Shown one piece after another: positions 23,622 through 35,515 of a stretch of 64,000 nt of DNA. The stretch is from Callorhinchus milii. Taxonomy: Eukaryota. Under the pieces are notes generated by a model. That model had not been told where the DNA came from and ran no database searches. It saw nothing but the letters and a program-made list of their open reading frames with translations. The stretch is from the NCBI RefSeq assembly GCF_018977255.1, contig NW_024704742.1:21082001-21146000 (forward strand), read 5' to 3'. The position numbers were made by a program, and so were the translations under genes. Position 1 is the first letter of the stretch. Each line of letters begins with the position of its first letter.

Positions 23622-24840
23622 TTCGGAGAGTTTTAAGGACAGGTCGGGTAGGTTGAGAAGGTCGGAACTGTGGAACAGAAGACCTCAGTGGAAGTCAAAG
23701 AGTATGGCTTCCGTCTTGGTGATGTTTAACTGCAGGAAATTTGCACTTATCCAGCTCCTGATGTCCGACAAACAAGCTGACAGAATATCAGAGGCCTGGG
23801 GGGTCACAGCTGGAGGTGGAAAAGTAGAGTTGAGTGTCATCCACATACATGTGGATGTTAACCCGATGTCTGTGGATGACATCACAGAGTGGGAGCATAT
23901 AGATGAGGAGGAGAAAGGGGCCAAGGATGGATCTTTTGGGTACCCCACAGGTGACCGGGTGGAAGCCCGAAGTAAAGCCATTTGCAGAAATGTAGTGCTG
24001 GCGGTTTGTAAGGTTGGACTCGAACCAAGCCAGAGTGGTCCCACTGAGATGGATGATAGAGGACAGGTGGTAGAGGAGGGTGGCGTGATCGACTGTGTCA
24101 AATGCGGTGGAGAAGTCCAGGAGGACGAGGAGGCAGAGGGAGCCCTGGTCAAAGATAGAGAGGATATCATTTGCGACTTTCACGAGCGTTGTCTTGGTAC
24201 AGTGCGCAGGGCGGAAACTGACTGGCGGGGTTTGAGTAGGGTGTGGAAGGAGAAGTGTGCGCAAAGTTGGTTGGCAACAACGCATTCCAGAGCTTTGGCA
24301 AGGAAGGGCAGGTTTAAGATAGGGCGGTAGTGCCAAGGTTGGAGTGATCAAGGGTAGGATTTTTAAGGAGGGGGGTGATGACCGCGGTTTTGAGAGCGAG
24401 TGGGACTGATCCTGAGGAGAGAGACTGTTTAATAGTGTCTGCTAGATGTAGGCAGAGACGGGGGAGCTGAGTGATCAGCAGTTGAGTGGGGAGAGCGTTG
24501 AGGCAACAGGTGGTGGGTTTCATTGTGGTGATGGTGGATGAGAGGGAGGAAGGAGAGATGGGGGCAAACAAATGTAGGACGGGGATCGAGGTAGGAGCTG
24601 AGGGTGGGGTGGGTGAGGGAGGCGGAATGGGGTTGGTGATAGACAACACGGGGCAGAGGGATAATGCTGCCAGGTGGATGTTGTTAATTTTAGAGGTAAG
24701 GAAGTTCATGACCTCTTCGCACTTGCCGTTAGATATGATGATTGGTGTTGCTTGAGGGGGTGCACGGGTGGGGGGGGGAGGGAGAATAGGATTTGGGAGT
24801 TATTGTTGGCTTCCAGTTTTTGGAGTTATTGTTGGCCTTT
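23622..24840 (-). mobile_element. L2 fragment containing the RT core
   Basis: LVLLDFSTAFDTVDH...WFESNLTNRQH...CGVPKRSILGPFLLLIYM...HMYVDDTQLY; ANFLQLNITKTEAILF. Confidence 0.93.
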
Positions 24841-25686
24841 CCTTACTGCTTGATTACCATCAACAGAAAGGTGAATCTCAGCGCGAATCTTGTCCACTTT
24901 TATTGCCGTTTATCAGGATATTTGTACACATATATGGAAAATACGTACCACTCACCCATTTCCTGATCTTAGAATATTCACCAATGCCACTCCACACAGT
25001 TGGCACACTCTTCATTTCTCTCATGTTCATCATGATTTAGTACCGCCACTGCTCACTGATAGACTCCACGTCTGAACTTGGTGAGATATTCATTTCACAA
25101 TGAGCAGCCTATTCTGCACGAGTTTACACTGGTTCGGTCTTGTCTTCGTCAAGATTTGTTCCTTGTTTTTTGAGGGTTAGGATTTTCAAGCGTTACTCTG
25201 AACAATTTGTACGTTTGCCTGATCAAACAATTTGCCTGATCTCCCATTCATTAATTATGCACATTTATATTGTGCACTAATATTGGTGAAGAGAGGAATT
25301 CTAGGCCTTGCAATACCCCCATGGCCTTGCTCTGTGACCTCTCTAACCCCATATCATCCTGTCAGCTCCCTCCGCTCAGTGGGCTCCAGCCTGCTCCAAG
25401 TCCCCCGCCTGGCCCACCTCACTATCGGCAGTCAGGTCTTCAGCCTTTCTGCCCCCATCCTTTGGAATTCCATCCCACATTTCCTTTGCCTTGCTCCCTC
25501 CCTTGCCTCCTTCAAGGCACACCTCAAAACCTTCCTCCACTACTACCGCGCCTTTGGCCACCCTCCTACCCTACCTCACTGATCCCAACCCCCCTGCTCA
25601 GGTCCAAATCCCTGACTGTCCAGCGCCTTGGGACATCCCCTAACGTGAAAGATGCTATACAAATGTAATTTTGTATTGTATTGTAC
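24841..25686 (+). mobile_element. Composite element copy 2: non-L2 module (24841-25309) fused to an L2 3' end (25310-25686)
   Basis: Matches 4084-4857 as reverse complement; ends ...aaatgtaattttgtattgtattgta. Confidence 0.85.
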
Positions 25687-26399
25687 TCTTGATGAGTTCA
25701 TTCTTCAGTACAACAAAAGCAAGATTTAGGAGAAAAATCACAGAACATTTTGTGTAGTTGTGTAGACAATGGCACTTTTACTGCTAATGAACCACTGAAC
25801 AGGTAGGAAAAGTTGGAATATGATCTGGGAATATTGTAAACGTAACAATTTTTCCCGCAGAAAATGTTTTATTTCCTCGAAATTGCACTTGGCCAAACAT
25901 TTTCCTTACAATTACTTTGGCTGTCAGCAGCTTCATTTACAGAGGTGCAAATCTAACCAAACATACTCACACATCACAGTAATGAGGCCTTACAGGCATT
26001 GCTTAGTGATCCAGACATGTCAGCCAATCACTCATTCTGAGGGACTCAGTTGCCCTTGGATTTCATAAATGGCACTCGACCTTGGAGGATGACAACATAA
26101 GAGGTGCAATCAAAGCTCTGATTTTTGTCTGCAAGAAGTATGTTGTTGTGTTAAGCACTCTGAGATGCTGCCCCGCAATATAAATGCAAGTTGTTGTTGG
26201 GTGTTCGTGTATTGTAATTTGAGGCCCAGTCAGGAGCATAATTTAAAGTTTCATATCATTACCGTAAGATTTACTAGAATATCAACCCGCATTGGCTTAC
26301 AGCGCAGTCAGCACAACAGAGCCTCTTGGAGGGAGGGATGGAGGGGAAATAGACTCATTGGCAGGAAGCACAGGGTACTGAGGATGGAGAGAAACACTG

Positions 26400-26625
26400 G
26401 AACTGGAGAAGATCATTCAACAAGTTCCATCAGTTCTAGATCTTGGCAGATCTTTTAATGTCACTCCTCACCCTTAATACTTCTGTGACACCAGTCTCCA
26501 ATTATCTCTCTTCTGAACATCCCTATTGATTCCGCCTCTACAGCTTTCTGGGGCAGAGCATTTCACATCCTCATAACCCTCTGTGTGAAGAAATGCCACC
26601 TGACCGCAGTTCAAACAATCTTTGT
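26400..26625 (-). mobile_element. Old CR1 3' fragment
   Basis: ...ttctggggcagagcatttcacatcctcataaccctctgtgtgaagaaatg... Confidence 0.6.
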
Positions 26626-27195
26626 TCTGATTTTAAAGCTGTGACCCCACCCCTACCCCTACCCCCACCCCTCCCAGAAGGGGGGATCCTTCTATCAGAG
26701 GAAAAGAGTCACCCACCATCTGCGTTTCCCCATTCTCTCTCCCATCACAAAGCACAGGCCTCTCTGCTTTCAGAAATATCTGGATGCACAAGATAAATAT
26801 ATTTTTACAGTTTATTTTCCATTCAGATGACCAGCTATTCCAAAACCAGTTTGAAATGAGGAACCAAATGTTGACATTTACATTAACGCTAGTGAATCAG
26901 TGGCCACATTTCATGTAGGGAAGCTGAGGGCAGGAATGTTACCTGACAATGAAAGCAGCAATGATGGTCACAAAGCAACAGGTAAACAAGAGGATGAGAA
27001 GGGACACCCAAGAGAGAAGAGATAGAAAGGGTAGATATAAAGAAAACAAAAATGCAGACGGGAAGCGAGGAGAGAAATGTTGCAGAGGAAGAATGAAACA
27101 GCAAAAGAAGCAAATGAGACAAAGAGGCCAGAGTAAGTGAAGTGAGAAGTAACATAAATGAGACATTGTAACTTTGGATCAATATTTTATTCATT

Positions 27196-28005
27196 GGAGC
27201 CCCGTAGCTCAGTGGTTAGAGCACTCGCCTCGCAAGCAAGAGACCTGGGTTTGATTCCCTGCAGGATCAAATGTTGGGCAAGTTTTTTTATTCTATAAGC
27301 CTAATAATAATCCTTGAGTTTGATACAGTGGCTTATCATTTTGTCAAAGTCTCAAAGCACTTCACTGGATCATATAGGATATTGTAAAGCCACGTGGCTT
27401 TGAGTATATTGTGGGCGAATGCGGTAGTCAATTTGTACACAGCAATGTCTCACAAACTTCCATGTTGAGGTTGTTGACCAAGGCACCAGGATAAACTCCC
27501 TTCTCTTTAACAGGCTTGGGGTTAAGGAAAAATGAAGACGTATAAATGAGTATCAAGATTTTATATAGTCTTAGCATTAAGACCGTTCTGTCTTAAAATT
27601 TTAAGATCACTTTGGAATTTTGTGGAGTCCTGTAGCTCAGTGTTTAGAGCATTCGCCTCGCAAGTGAGAGACCTGGCTGGGTTCGATTCCCTGCAGGGTG
27701 AAACGTTGGGCAAGTTTCCTTACTCCACACGCCTCTGTTTACCTAGCAGTAAGTAGGAACCCGGTTGTTAGTCAAATGGCGGATCACCTTTCCAGAGTTA
27801 ATAATTCCTTCAATTTAAAAATAAGAAGAAGAATAAATTGGTCACTCAATCCAAGACTGTTTGTGGGACATTGTTGTGCGTAATTAGCTGCCGTGTTTCG
27901 GCCACAAAATATATAGTCAATTCATTTTACAGTATATTCTGTGAAGCGCTTTGAAGATGTGATAAGGGGCTATATCAAATGCAAGGATTATTATTTATTA
28001 TTATT
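27196..28005 (+). mobile_element. Composite/dimeric SINE copy B: tRNA head + inverted Deu-SINE tail + spacer + full long-subfamily tRNA-Ala-like SINE
   Basis: Heads at 27196 and 27624; 27302-28005 is the reverse complement of 7654-8672 minus the nested SINE. Confidence 0.85.
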
Positions 28006-28129
28006 AAAGTGACTACCAAGAGATGATGCATTTCCATCCCCAGTCTTCTCTGAGGCCGCGGTGCCCAGCCAGGCAACAGCAGCAGCACTGTTACAATTAA
28101 TGTAAGTGCCTTAACCTAGGTTAAGGTAG

Positions 28130-28590
28130 ATGCAAGGTCATAAAACAATAGAACCACAGAAATTTAAATCATTCTTGACATTTCACATCATCAAGAAACT
28201 CAAAGCGGTTCACAGAATTTACCATGTAGTGTATTTAAGTGTAGTGATTGTTTATTTTGTCCATGAACGTAGAAATCAATTGAACACAGTGATGCCCTAC
28301 AAAGAGCCATAGAGTGAATGATGGATTTTATTTAGGGGATTGTTGCCAGGACACTGGGAGAAACTATTCTCTTTTCGAATAGTTGAGTGACCACATTTTT
28401 TTTAAAGGATTATTATCCCCGGAAAAACGATCCATCAATTGACTAACTGGGTTCCTGCTTAATACTAGGTGAATAGAGGTGTGTGAAGTAAGTGTGAAAC
28501 TTGCCTAACATTTCGCCCTACCCAGGAATCAAACCCAGGTCCTCTCACATGTGAGGCGAATGCTCCAACCAATACTCTACAGGCCTCAAC
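28130..28590 (-). mobile_element. Diverged SINE fragments (Deu-like, then long tRNA-Ala-like)
   Basis: Reverse-complement matches to SINE body and head (ggaatcaaacccaggtcctctcac...). Confidence 0.65.
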
Positions 28591-28904
28591 AATTGAGGAC
28601 GGAGAGAGAGCAGAGTCTGTAAACTAAAAATAAAGTTGAAACCTCATTAAAATTCAGAATGGGAAGTGCTGTTTGTTTTATTTGAGAGATGTCACACAAT
28701 AACCATGAAAACATGGTTTCAGACTTTGGTCTGTTTGGCCTTGTCTACCTGCAGTGAAATAAGCAGGGAACAGAGTCAAAGTGCAGGAAGAAATGAATAT
28801 AATTCAGGAGGATGGAGTAATTGAGTAACAGTATTATTTTACTGTGACAAACACATTGCTGTGCACAGTAAAATCATTACAATCATTTAACATGTAACAG
28901 GTGT

Positions 28905-29470
28905 CAGTTTGGCTCAGTTGGTAGCACTCTCACCTCTGGGTCAGAAGTTTGTGGGAACTATAACTGGGAACTAGACCTCGTGGTCTGAGCTGACCCTCCA
29001 TTGCTGTGTTGGGGGAGTGCTGCATTATCGAAGGTGCTGTCTTTTAAACTGTGGAACCACACTATACTGGAAACAAGATACATCCACACTGGCTTCCACA
29101 AGCTTATAAAAAGCCACCTTGCAGTTTGTGAAGGACTTGACGTCAGTGGAGCTACTTGCGTACAGTGCACATGCCCGACATCGAGGAAGTGATGTTTATC
29201 TGCACATGAGTGTGTTAGAGGCAACTGGACGCTCTGAATGGTGGCCATTTATTCTCACTTTATCTTATGCACCTACACCAATGTGTTGTACCAGGTTGCT
29301 CTGTATAATCTAACATTGAATTCCACCATGCCACCAGGCCTCCATTACAGCATTCAATTTGTTCATCCGCACAACACACAGTCAATGACCTTTAAAGTAT
29401 ATCCTGTGAAGTACTTTGAGATGTCTTCCAAACACAATACACCAAATGTAAGGAATATTATTATTATTAG
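28905..29470 (+). mobile_element. Deu-like SINE head and tail separated by ~320 bp of unrelated sequence
   Basis: Head at 28905-29050; tail at 29370-29470. Confidence 0.6.
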
Positions 29471-30399
29471 TCACTGTCCAGTAGCCAAGAAAGAGTGGGC
29501 AGGAAGCTTTCTCTTTACTTCTGTCAATGCCACTTTGTGAATAGGAGACATTTGCAAGAGTAGCCTGTGCTGACTCACCAATCAATGTTCTCTCTGTCTA
29601 TATTTCAAGGATGCATACAAATTTTCTGTTGAATGTTGCTGTCTTTTTCTTTCTCTTTACATGTAGCCTATGAATGAAGGCTCAGGGGCACGTAGACCGA
29701 TAGGCCTCCTGGGTACTATGACAAAGGTGGAGGATAATAGTACCATTGTATGCATTGAAACAGGCATACACCACAGAAAAAGACCATTTGGCTCATCGGG
29801 TCAGTGCTGATATTTTTCTCCACATGAGCCATCTAAATCAATCCCACTCTCCTCCTTGCTGACCGCATACACTGTAATATTACTCTTTTTCAAACATTTA
29901 TCTCATGTCATTTTAAAAGACGCAACTACATCCCTGGCACTTCCTCCCCATCAGAAAGCTTTGGGAGCAAGTCAACTTCCTATGGCTTGTTGGTATTCCT
30001 TGCTTAACTGTGACATCTTTAAAAGCACCTTCTCTAATTCCCACACTCTGGTGGATTCCACTAAACCTCACACTAATGACAATAAAAAATAAATCTCCTA
30101 ACATATTGAATTCAGGCCCCAGTAAGACTGATTTCACAATGAGAGTAAACAGTTATATCAAAAAGAGGAAAATGACAATAAGATGACTGCCAGAAGGTGA
30201 ATGATAAGAGTGGAAACTTTTGTTTGGTCAGCCGGGTGTCCAACATATGAGAAAACCAATCATTACGCTTAAGCATATCCAAACCAAACTAAGAATTCCA
30301 CGTGTATATGCCACATATGCATGGAAATGCACTCGCTCGCTCCCTGAAGGGATGCTTACCTAACTTTGGGAAAAACTACACCCAAGGTGGCAAGAGGCA

Positions 30400-31190
30400 A
30401 ACCTAGGACCATCCTACCCAATGGCGCTTTAGATTAGGCGTGTCAAACATAAACCGGTGGGCCGCTAGTGGCTCTTGGGATAATATTTGGTACCAGGCCC
30501 ATTCATTTCTAAAATATAATAATATAATAATAATCCTTGCATTTGATATAGCGCTCTTCATGTCTTCTAGAAAAGTATTGATATACTGTACTTTCCTGGA
30601 ATTTTTCTTCAAACCAACCTTCCTCTTTTTAATATAAGACGTATATACACTATTGAAACCTTTACATTCTGCATTGCATGAATGACATTCCCATTAAGCC
30701 AAAGACAACTCACATTAAGTATGCAATATATTATGTATAACTTCTTTGTGATCCGGTCCACCAAGTGAACAATGTTAACTTAAATGGCCCTTGTGGCCAG
30801 ATGAGTTTGACACCCCTGCTTTAGCTTGAGGGTTAACAGGAGCTGAGGGGGAAGAGTCCCTGCCCCCTGTGACTGGTCTGCCCCTCCAAGTCCTACCAGA
30901 GAGCCAGGCTGGTTAGTCTATTATCAGCCATGCCCCAGAGTACTGCAGACTCACCTGGCTCAGGAAACGGACTATCAAGACCAACACAGAGGGCTGGCTC
31001 CATTCTGACATTCTGTTGGCAAACACGTCAACTTAGAGCCAGGTCAGCTCTAAAGAGACCCAGTTTACCTCCTCCCCTTCCACCCCCAAGAAGGACAGTC
31101 ACTCACGGATAGCTGGTAGCTTGCAGTGCTTAAATAGTCTGATTGGGAAAGAGTTAACTGTTCTTGTTGACTGTACACAACACAGCTTCA
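30400..31190 (-). repeat. Family X old repeat, interrupted by a hAT MITE
   Basis: 30405-30434 joined to 30824 onward reconstructs the sequence seen at 53320-53500. Confidence 0.6.
30435..30818. mobile_element. hAT-Charlie-type MITE, with a SINE tail fragment nested at ~30515-30600
   Basis: TIRs TAGGCGTGTCAAAC / GTTTGACACCCCTG; 8-bp TSD CTTTAGAT / CTTTAGCT. Confidence 0.88.
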
Positions 31191-31742
31191 TCACCTGACT
31201 GAATGTTTGATGGGAAACCTGAAGTACTTCCCAGGATCAGATGGAGTTTAATTATCTCTTGACCTTCGTTGACCACAGTAGAGTTTTTGTTACTATTTTA
31301 TTTTATTGTAGACAGCCATGGACTAATGAAGGATCGGGGTTGTTTTTCTCTCTGGGTGAAAGGTCAAGCTCCGTGGGACAACTTTGGCAAAAAGAGCATT
31401 TGAAGATTACAAGCAACATGTGACTAGTCTCAGGTGACTGGTTGTGGTTCAGTGTTAGATCATTAACCGTCCTTGTTTTCTACAATCACACACTTTGGTA
31501 ATTGGGAAATTTGGTTGTAGCTGAATATCAGAGGCCTTACATCTTTATAGTTCTGTTTCCTCTGGTCACAGTGAGAGGTTCACCTAGTTATTAAAGGTGA
31601 GTTCCCTATCTCTGATTACTTAAAACAAGTGGTGTGACTTCCTCTGCTGTTTAGTTCTAAATAGCCATGGCATGAGCGTAAAACCCTGGCAATGTAAGTT
31701 TTCGGTTTATTGTTAAAGAAGCAACAGGTTATATTTTGTGTG

Positions 31743-32005
31743 CAACAACAACAACTTGCATTTGTATAGCGCCTTTCATGCGGGGCAGGGTCCCAGAACA
31801 CTTTGACAACAACAACTAACATACAACAAATTACATTGCTATAGCGCCTTTCGCATCAGAAGGATATCCCAAGGTGCTGGACAGTCTGGGATTTGGACCC
31901 AAGTTGAGGGTTGGGATCAGGAGGGGTGGAGAGCAGGGAAGATGACAAAGCCTGGTCCAATAGGAAGGTCTTGAGACGTGCTTTGAAGAGGCAAGGGAGG
32001 AAAAA
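31743..32005 (-). mobile_element. Tandem L2 3' ends (second-family tail, then first-family 3' fragment)
   Basis: Two (CAA)n-led stem-loop tails at 31743 and 31807. Confidence 0.8.
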
Positions 32006-32259
32006 GGCAGTCGCACCATCATTAAATGGTGAGCAGAGCAATTAAATGCTATCACATACGTACAGGCAAACAGTATTAATGAAATGTCGCTTGACACATT
32101 TATTACGTAAACTCAACTCGATCCTTTAGCATATAGCCACCACAGTGCTGGGGAACAGCCTGGATTTTTTTAAGAAATAAATTTCCAACTTGAAATGCAT
32201 TAAATGCCCCCTCCCTCCCTCTCCACTTTCACAACCTAGCCAATACTTACCTATCTGAC

Positions 32260-32402
32260 TGAACTTTTGGTCATCTTTCTTTCCACTCCCCCACTCTTTT
32301 CAGCTTCCCCCACCCCTGGCTTGAACACCCAGCTCGCAGTGTTAAGTGCTTTGAGATTTCCTTCTGACCTGAAAGGGGCTGCATAAATGTAATTTGTATT
32401 GT
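32260..32402 (+). mobile_element. L2 3' end fragment
   Basis: ...aagtgctttgagatttccttctgacctgaaaggggctgcataaatgtaatttgtattg. Confidence 0.65.
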
Positions 32403-33682
32403 AAATTCTATAATTAATGAAATAAAGTAGATATTTTCGAGCAAAACGAATGTTTGAGCAGCTGAACAAGCAGTGGGCTCAAACTCGGAATAGAAACGAT
32501 TAACCCAGTATACATTTTGTTCTCTAATGATATGGAGGTCACTGCTGGCCAGAATTGCAAGTCGATGATAACATTGGATTGTTTTATTTACTGACTGGAC
32601 TGAAACCAAACAGGAAAATAGTTGCCCTCACCTGTTCCATCTCTTTGATTTTTAATTGAGATGCCTGAGTCGAAACTCATTTTTCTAAATTTGGTGACAA
32701 ATCTTAAAAATAAAGGGGTAAAACCAGCAGGTATTTGTTCCTCAATTCATTTCCAACACAGGGAAAGGGTTAAAAGAATATTGAAAACATTTCCCCACTG
32801 CCTTTCTGAAATGTCCTGAAAGTGGGTATAACTGGTAAAGCCAGAAAACACATCCATTAAATATTTGCCAAAAAACAATCAGTGACTGGTTCCCATGTCA
32901 TTGGTTCCCATGTCAGTGCATGAAAGCACAAATGGACTTCTTATTTTAGGTCAACAGATCTGAAAGAATAATATATCAACTGGTTTTCAGTGTGTTTTCG
33001 GATTCCTAAATCTTGCAGATGGCCATTAAAACCACCCACATACCCTAACCTGAATAGTGCAATAAACTGAGTGTTAAAGCACTAGACAATGGGACAATTT
33101 GTTTTTTCACAATGTCTCCAGGTGCACAGGGCCAGGGACACGCTCTATATGCTGTTCCTTCACACACACACTGCATTAAATAGCAGGAATTTCTGTAGAA
33201 GCACTTGAGACTGCAAACATAATTGAAACCATTAGTATATATATTTGTTTGCTAACAAGAGAAAATACTTGACATATCTAAATCTTGGAACTATTAGGGA
33301 ACAAAATTCTGTCTGGATAACTGCAGTAAAAAAAGAATAAATATAATTTGATGAATTAATTGATATTTTTAAGAAAGATAAGAATACTAGGACAAGAAGA
33401 CACTAATTGTTGCTGGTTTAGTCTGTGGAAAATGCAATGCAATTTTGACAATTATTTTAATAAAATTTTCCTAATGATTTCATACTAGAAAGCACTGAAT
33501 ATTAATAACTTACAATTCATATTGCACATTTCATGTGAAACCAAATGACTCAGTACATTTAACAATATGCAATTAATTGGAGGTTAAGAATTACAATTAA
33601 GAAATGAACAGATAGACGCGGCAACTGACCTGCTCCACAAACTTCCCATAAATCTGATTCGAACAGAATGGCAGGGACCAAC

Positions 33683-33982
33683 CATGGCCAGATTAAGGGA
33701 TCTGGGGGCCCTAAACCAGGTCATTTAGAGGCCCTCTGTACTGTGCATGCAACTGCTGGGGTGGGAGGAGCGGGGGCATGGGCCATTAGTGGAGCCACCT
33801 CCCATCTCTCTGCACTGCCTCATACCCTCATCTCCCTCTCTCTTCCCATCACTCTCCACTCTGCACAAAATTGTAGAAAGATTCAGAGTTGGGGGGTAAA
33901 AGCACCAACCACATTTGAGGCCCCCTCAGATCTTGGGGCCCTAAAACATGGTTTACCTAGTTTATTGGTTAATCCTACCCTG
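33683..33982. mobile_element. hAT (Tip100/MER45-like) MITE, diverged
   Basis: Termini CATGGCCAGATTAA / TTAATCCTACCCTG (10/14 match); GGGGCCCT subterminal motifs; decayed 8-bp TSD GGACCAAC / GGTCTAAT. Confidence 0.7.
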
Positions 33983-34418
33983 GGTCTAATTTACGTTATT
34001 TGTTAAATGGATTTATTACCAAGCAATTCCGTTGGAATGAGTCCCTCATCGACCTTTCGGAACTCCACCCCACGGGAATTGCATGGCAGCAGCGTTTCCG
34101 CGGGTTGGCACAACGTACTTGTGATGATCGGAAAGTTTCCTCATTGAGGAATCCCATCAAGAAATACGGCAAACTAGGGCGCTTTGCACGTTAATACCAT
34201 TAATGGAAGTGTCATTACAATATAATTATTTCACGTATGCTAAATTGTCCGGATTTACAAAATACACATATGACGTTACCGAGGAGTACTGCTCCCCACC
34301 CCCCCATACCCCCATGATCAGTGCTCTCCAATAAACCCATCAGGCAGCATTACTGCTGTGGATCAGTGGGATCTATTAATAATGAGCAAATATCCAGCAT
34401 CAGTCATCACACCACCAC

Positions 34419-34577
34419 CAACAACAACAAATTGCATTCCACCGCCTTGCAACATCTTCCCGATGTGAAACAGCAACAACAACAACAAAATTACATTTAT
34501 AGAGCGCCGTTCACGTCGGGAGGACTTCCCAAGGCGCTGAAAGACGCTATATAAATGTAATTTGTTGTCGTTGTTGC
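34419..34577. mobile_element. Nested cluster of L2 tail-only insertions
   Basis: A plus-strand tail is split by a minus-strand tail with a TGAAA duplication; a further inverted tail stub lies at 34419-34440. Confidence 0.8.
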
Positions 34578-35028
34578 ATCGGGAGAACCGAAACAGTATA
34601 CGGTCCTGGTGGTCCTTTTCTCTGGGCAAACAGAGTTAAAAAGAGGTTTGGCCAAGCATATTTTTATTGTGTGAAGGCAATGAGTGCACCCTTTAACTAC
34701 CCCTCAACTATCATTATTTTTTTGTGGGAGGGAGTGCTATGGGAAGCAGGGGGACTTTAACTAGAGAGTCTGGAGTTGTATCAGCTGCATTTGAAATTTC
34801 CAGTCTGGACAACAACAAAGATGCTTTTACCTCTGGGTACAAACTCCAAGAAGGAGTCAGTCAGCACAAGCCCAGGCAACGGTAACAGCAAACAGCAGGG
34901 AATGAATAGAAAAAAAGAGCAGCACTCTGCAGAAATTGCTGCAGAGTGAGCAAGCAAAACCAGAACGATTTGATTCACCTCTTGGCTCCAAGATCCATTG
35001 AGAAAAGATAATTTAAAGAAAAAGTTAC

Positions 35029-35515
35029 CTGCGCACATATGTCCAGGGCAGAGTTTCCACCTGTGCATTCACTGTCGGACTTCATCCAGACCCTGCAAAT
35101 CTCACTGCAGCAGCATCTCTGTCCCCTTTTTTCTCTCTCTCTCTCTCTCTCTCTCAGCTTAACACCCTCTCCCCAGCAGATGAAGCTCAGACTGGATGCT
35201 CCTCTGGTGAAGTTGGGTGAGAGTGGGTCCAGTGAGCAATGATGCTGTGTGGTGAGGACAAGGGCAGGGAAAAGGGGGGGAGTGTTGGGAGACAGGGGAG
35301 GGGAGGGAAGAGAAGGAGACTTACTTTGCTCTGATGGCACAGAGAAGGCTGCATAATTCATTCAACCAGATGAGAGTTCCCTTACCCACTAAGTGTACCC
35401 AGGCACTTGCAGGCTGTCAAAAGCTTACTGACACCTCCCCCTCTTTTTTAAAAAATATATTCTTTTTTTTAAAAAAACAGAAAAGGCAAGCCCTGATCCT
35501 AAAGGACTTTGTCTG
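35029..35515 (-). other. Candidate exons / alternative promoter of an unidentified host transcript
   Basis: Repeat-free island; donors CAG|GTAACT (35029) and AAA|GTAAGT (35325); acceptor with long polypyrimidine tract ending at 35516. No recognisable protein. Confidence 0.3.
35131..35155. repeat. (CT)n microsatellite
   Basis: Direct inspection. Confidence 0.9.

Noticed and set aside
23551..24330. 259-aa plus-strand ORF, the longest in the track
   Set aside because: Antisense shadow of the L2 RT region; the same applies to 233-556, 4918-5223, 19909-20244 and 46322-46669.
4084..28005. A single inverted segmental duplication explaining both duplicated composites
   Set aside because: The order of the two pairs is not reversed and the intervening sequences are unrelated.
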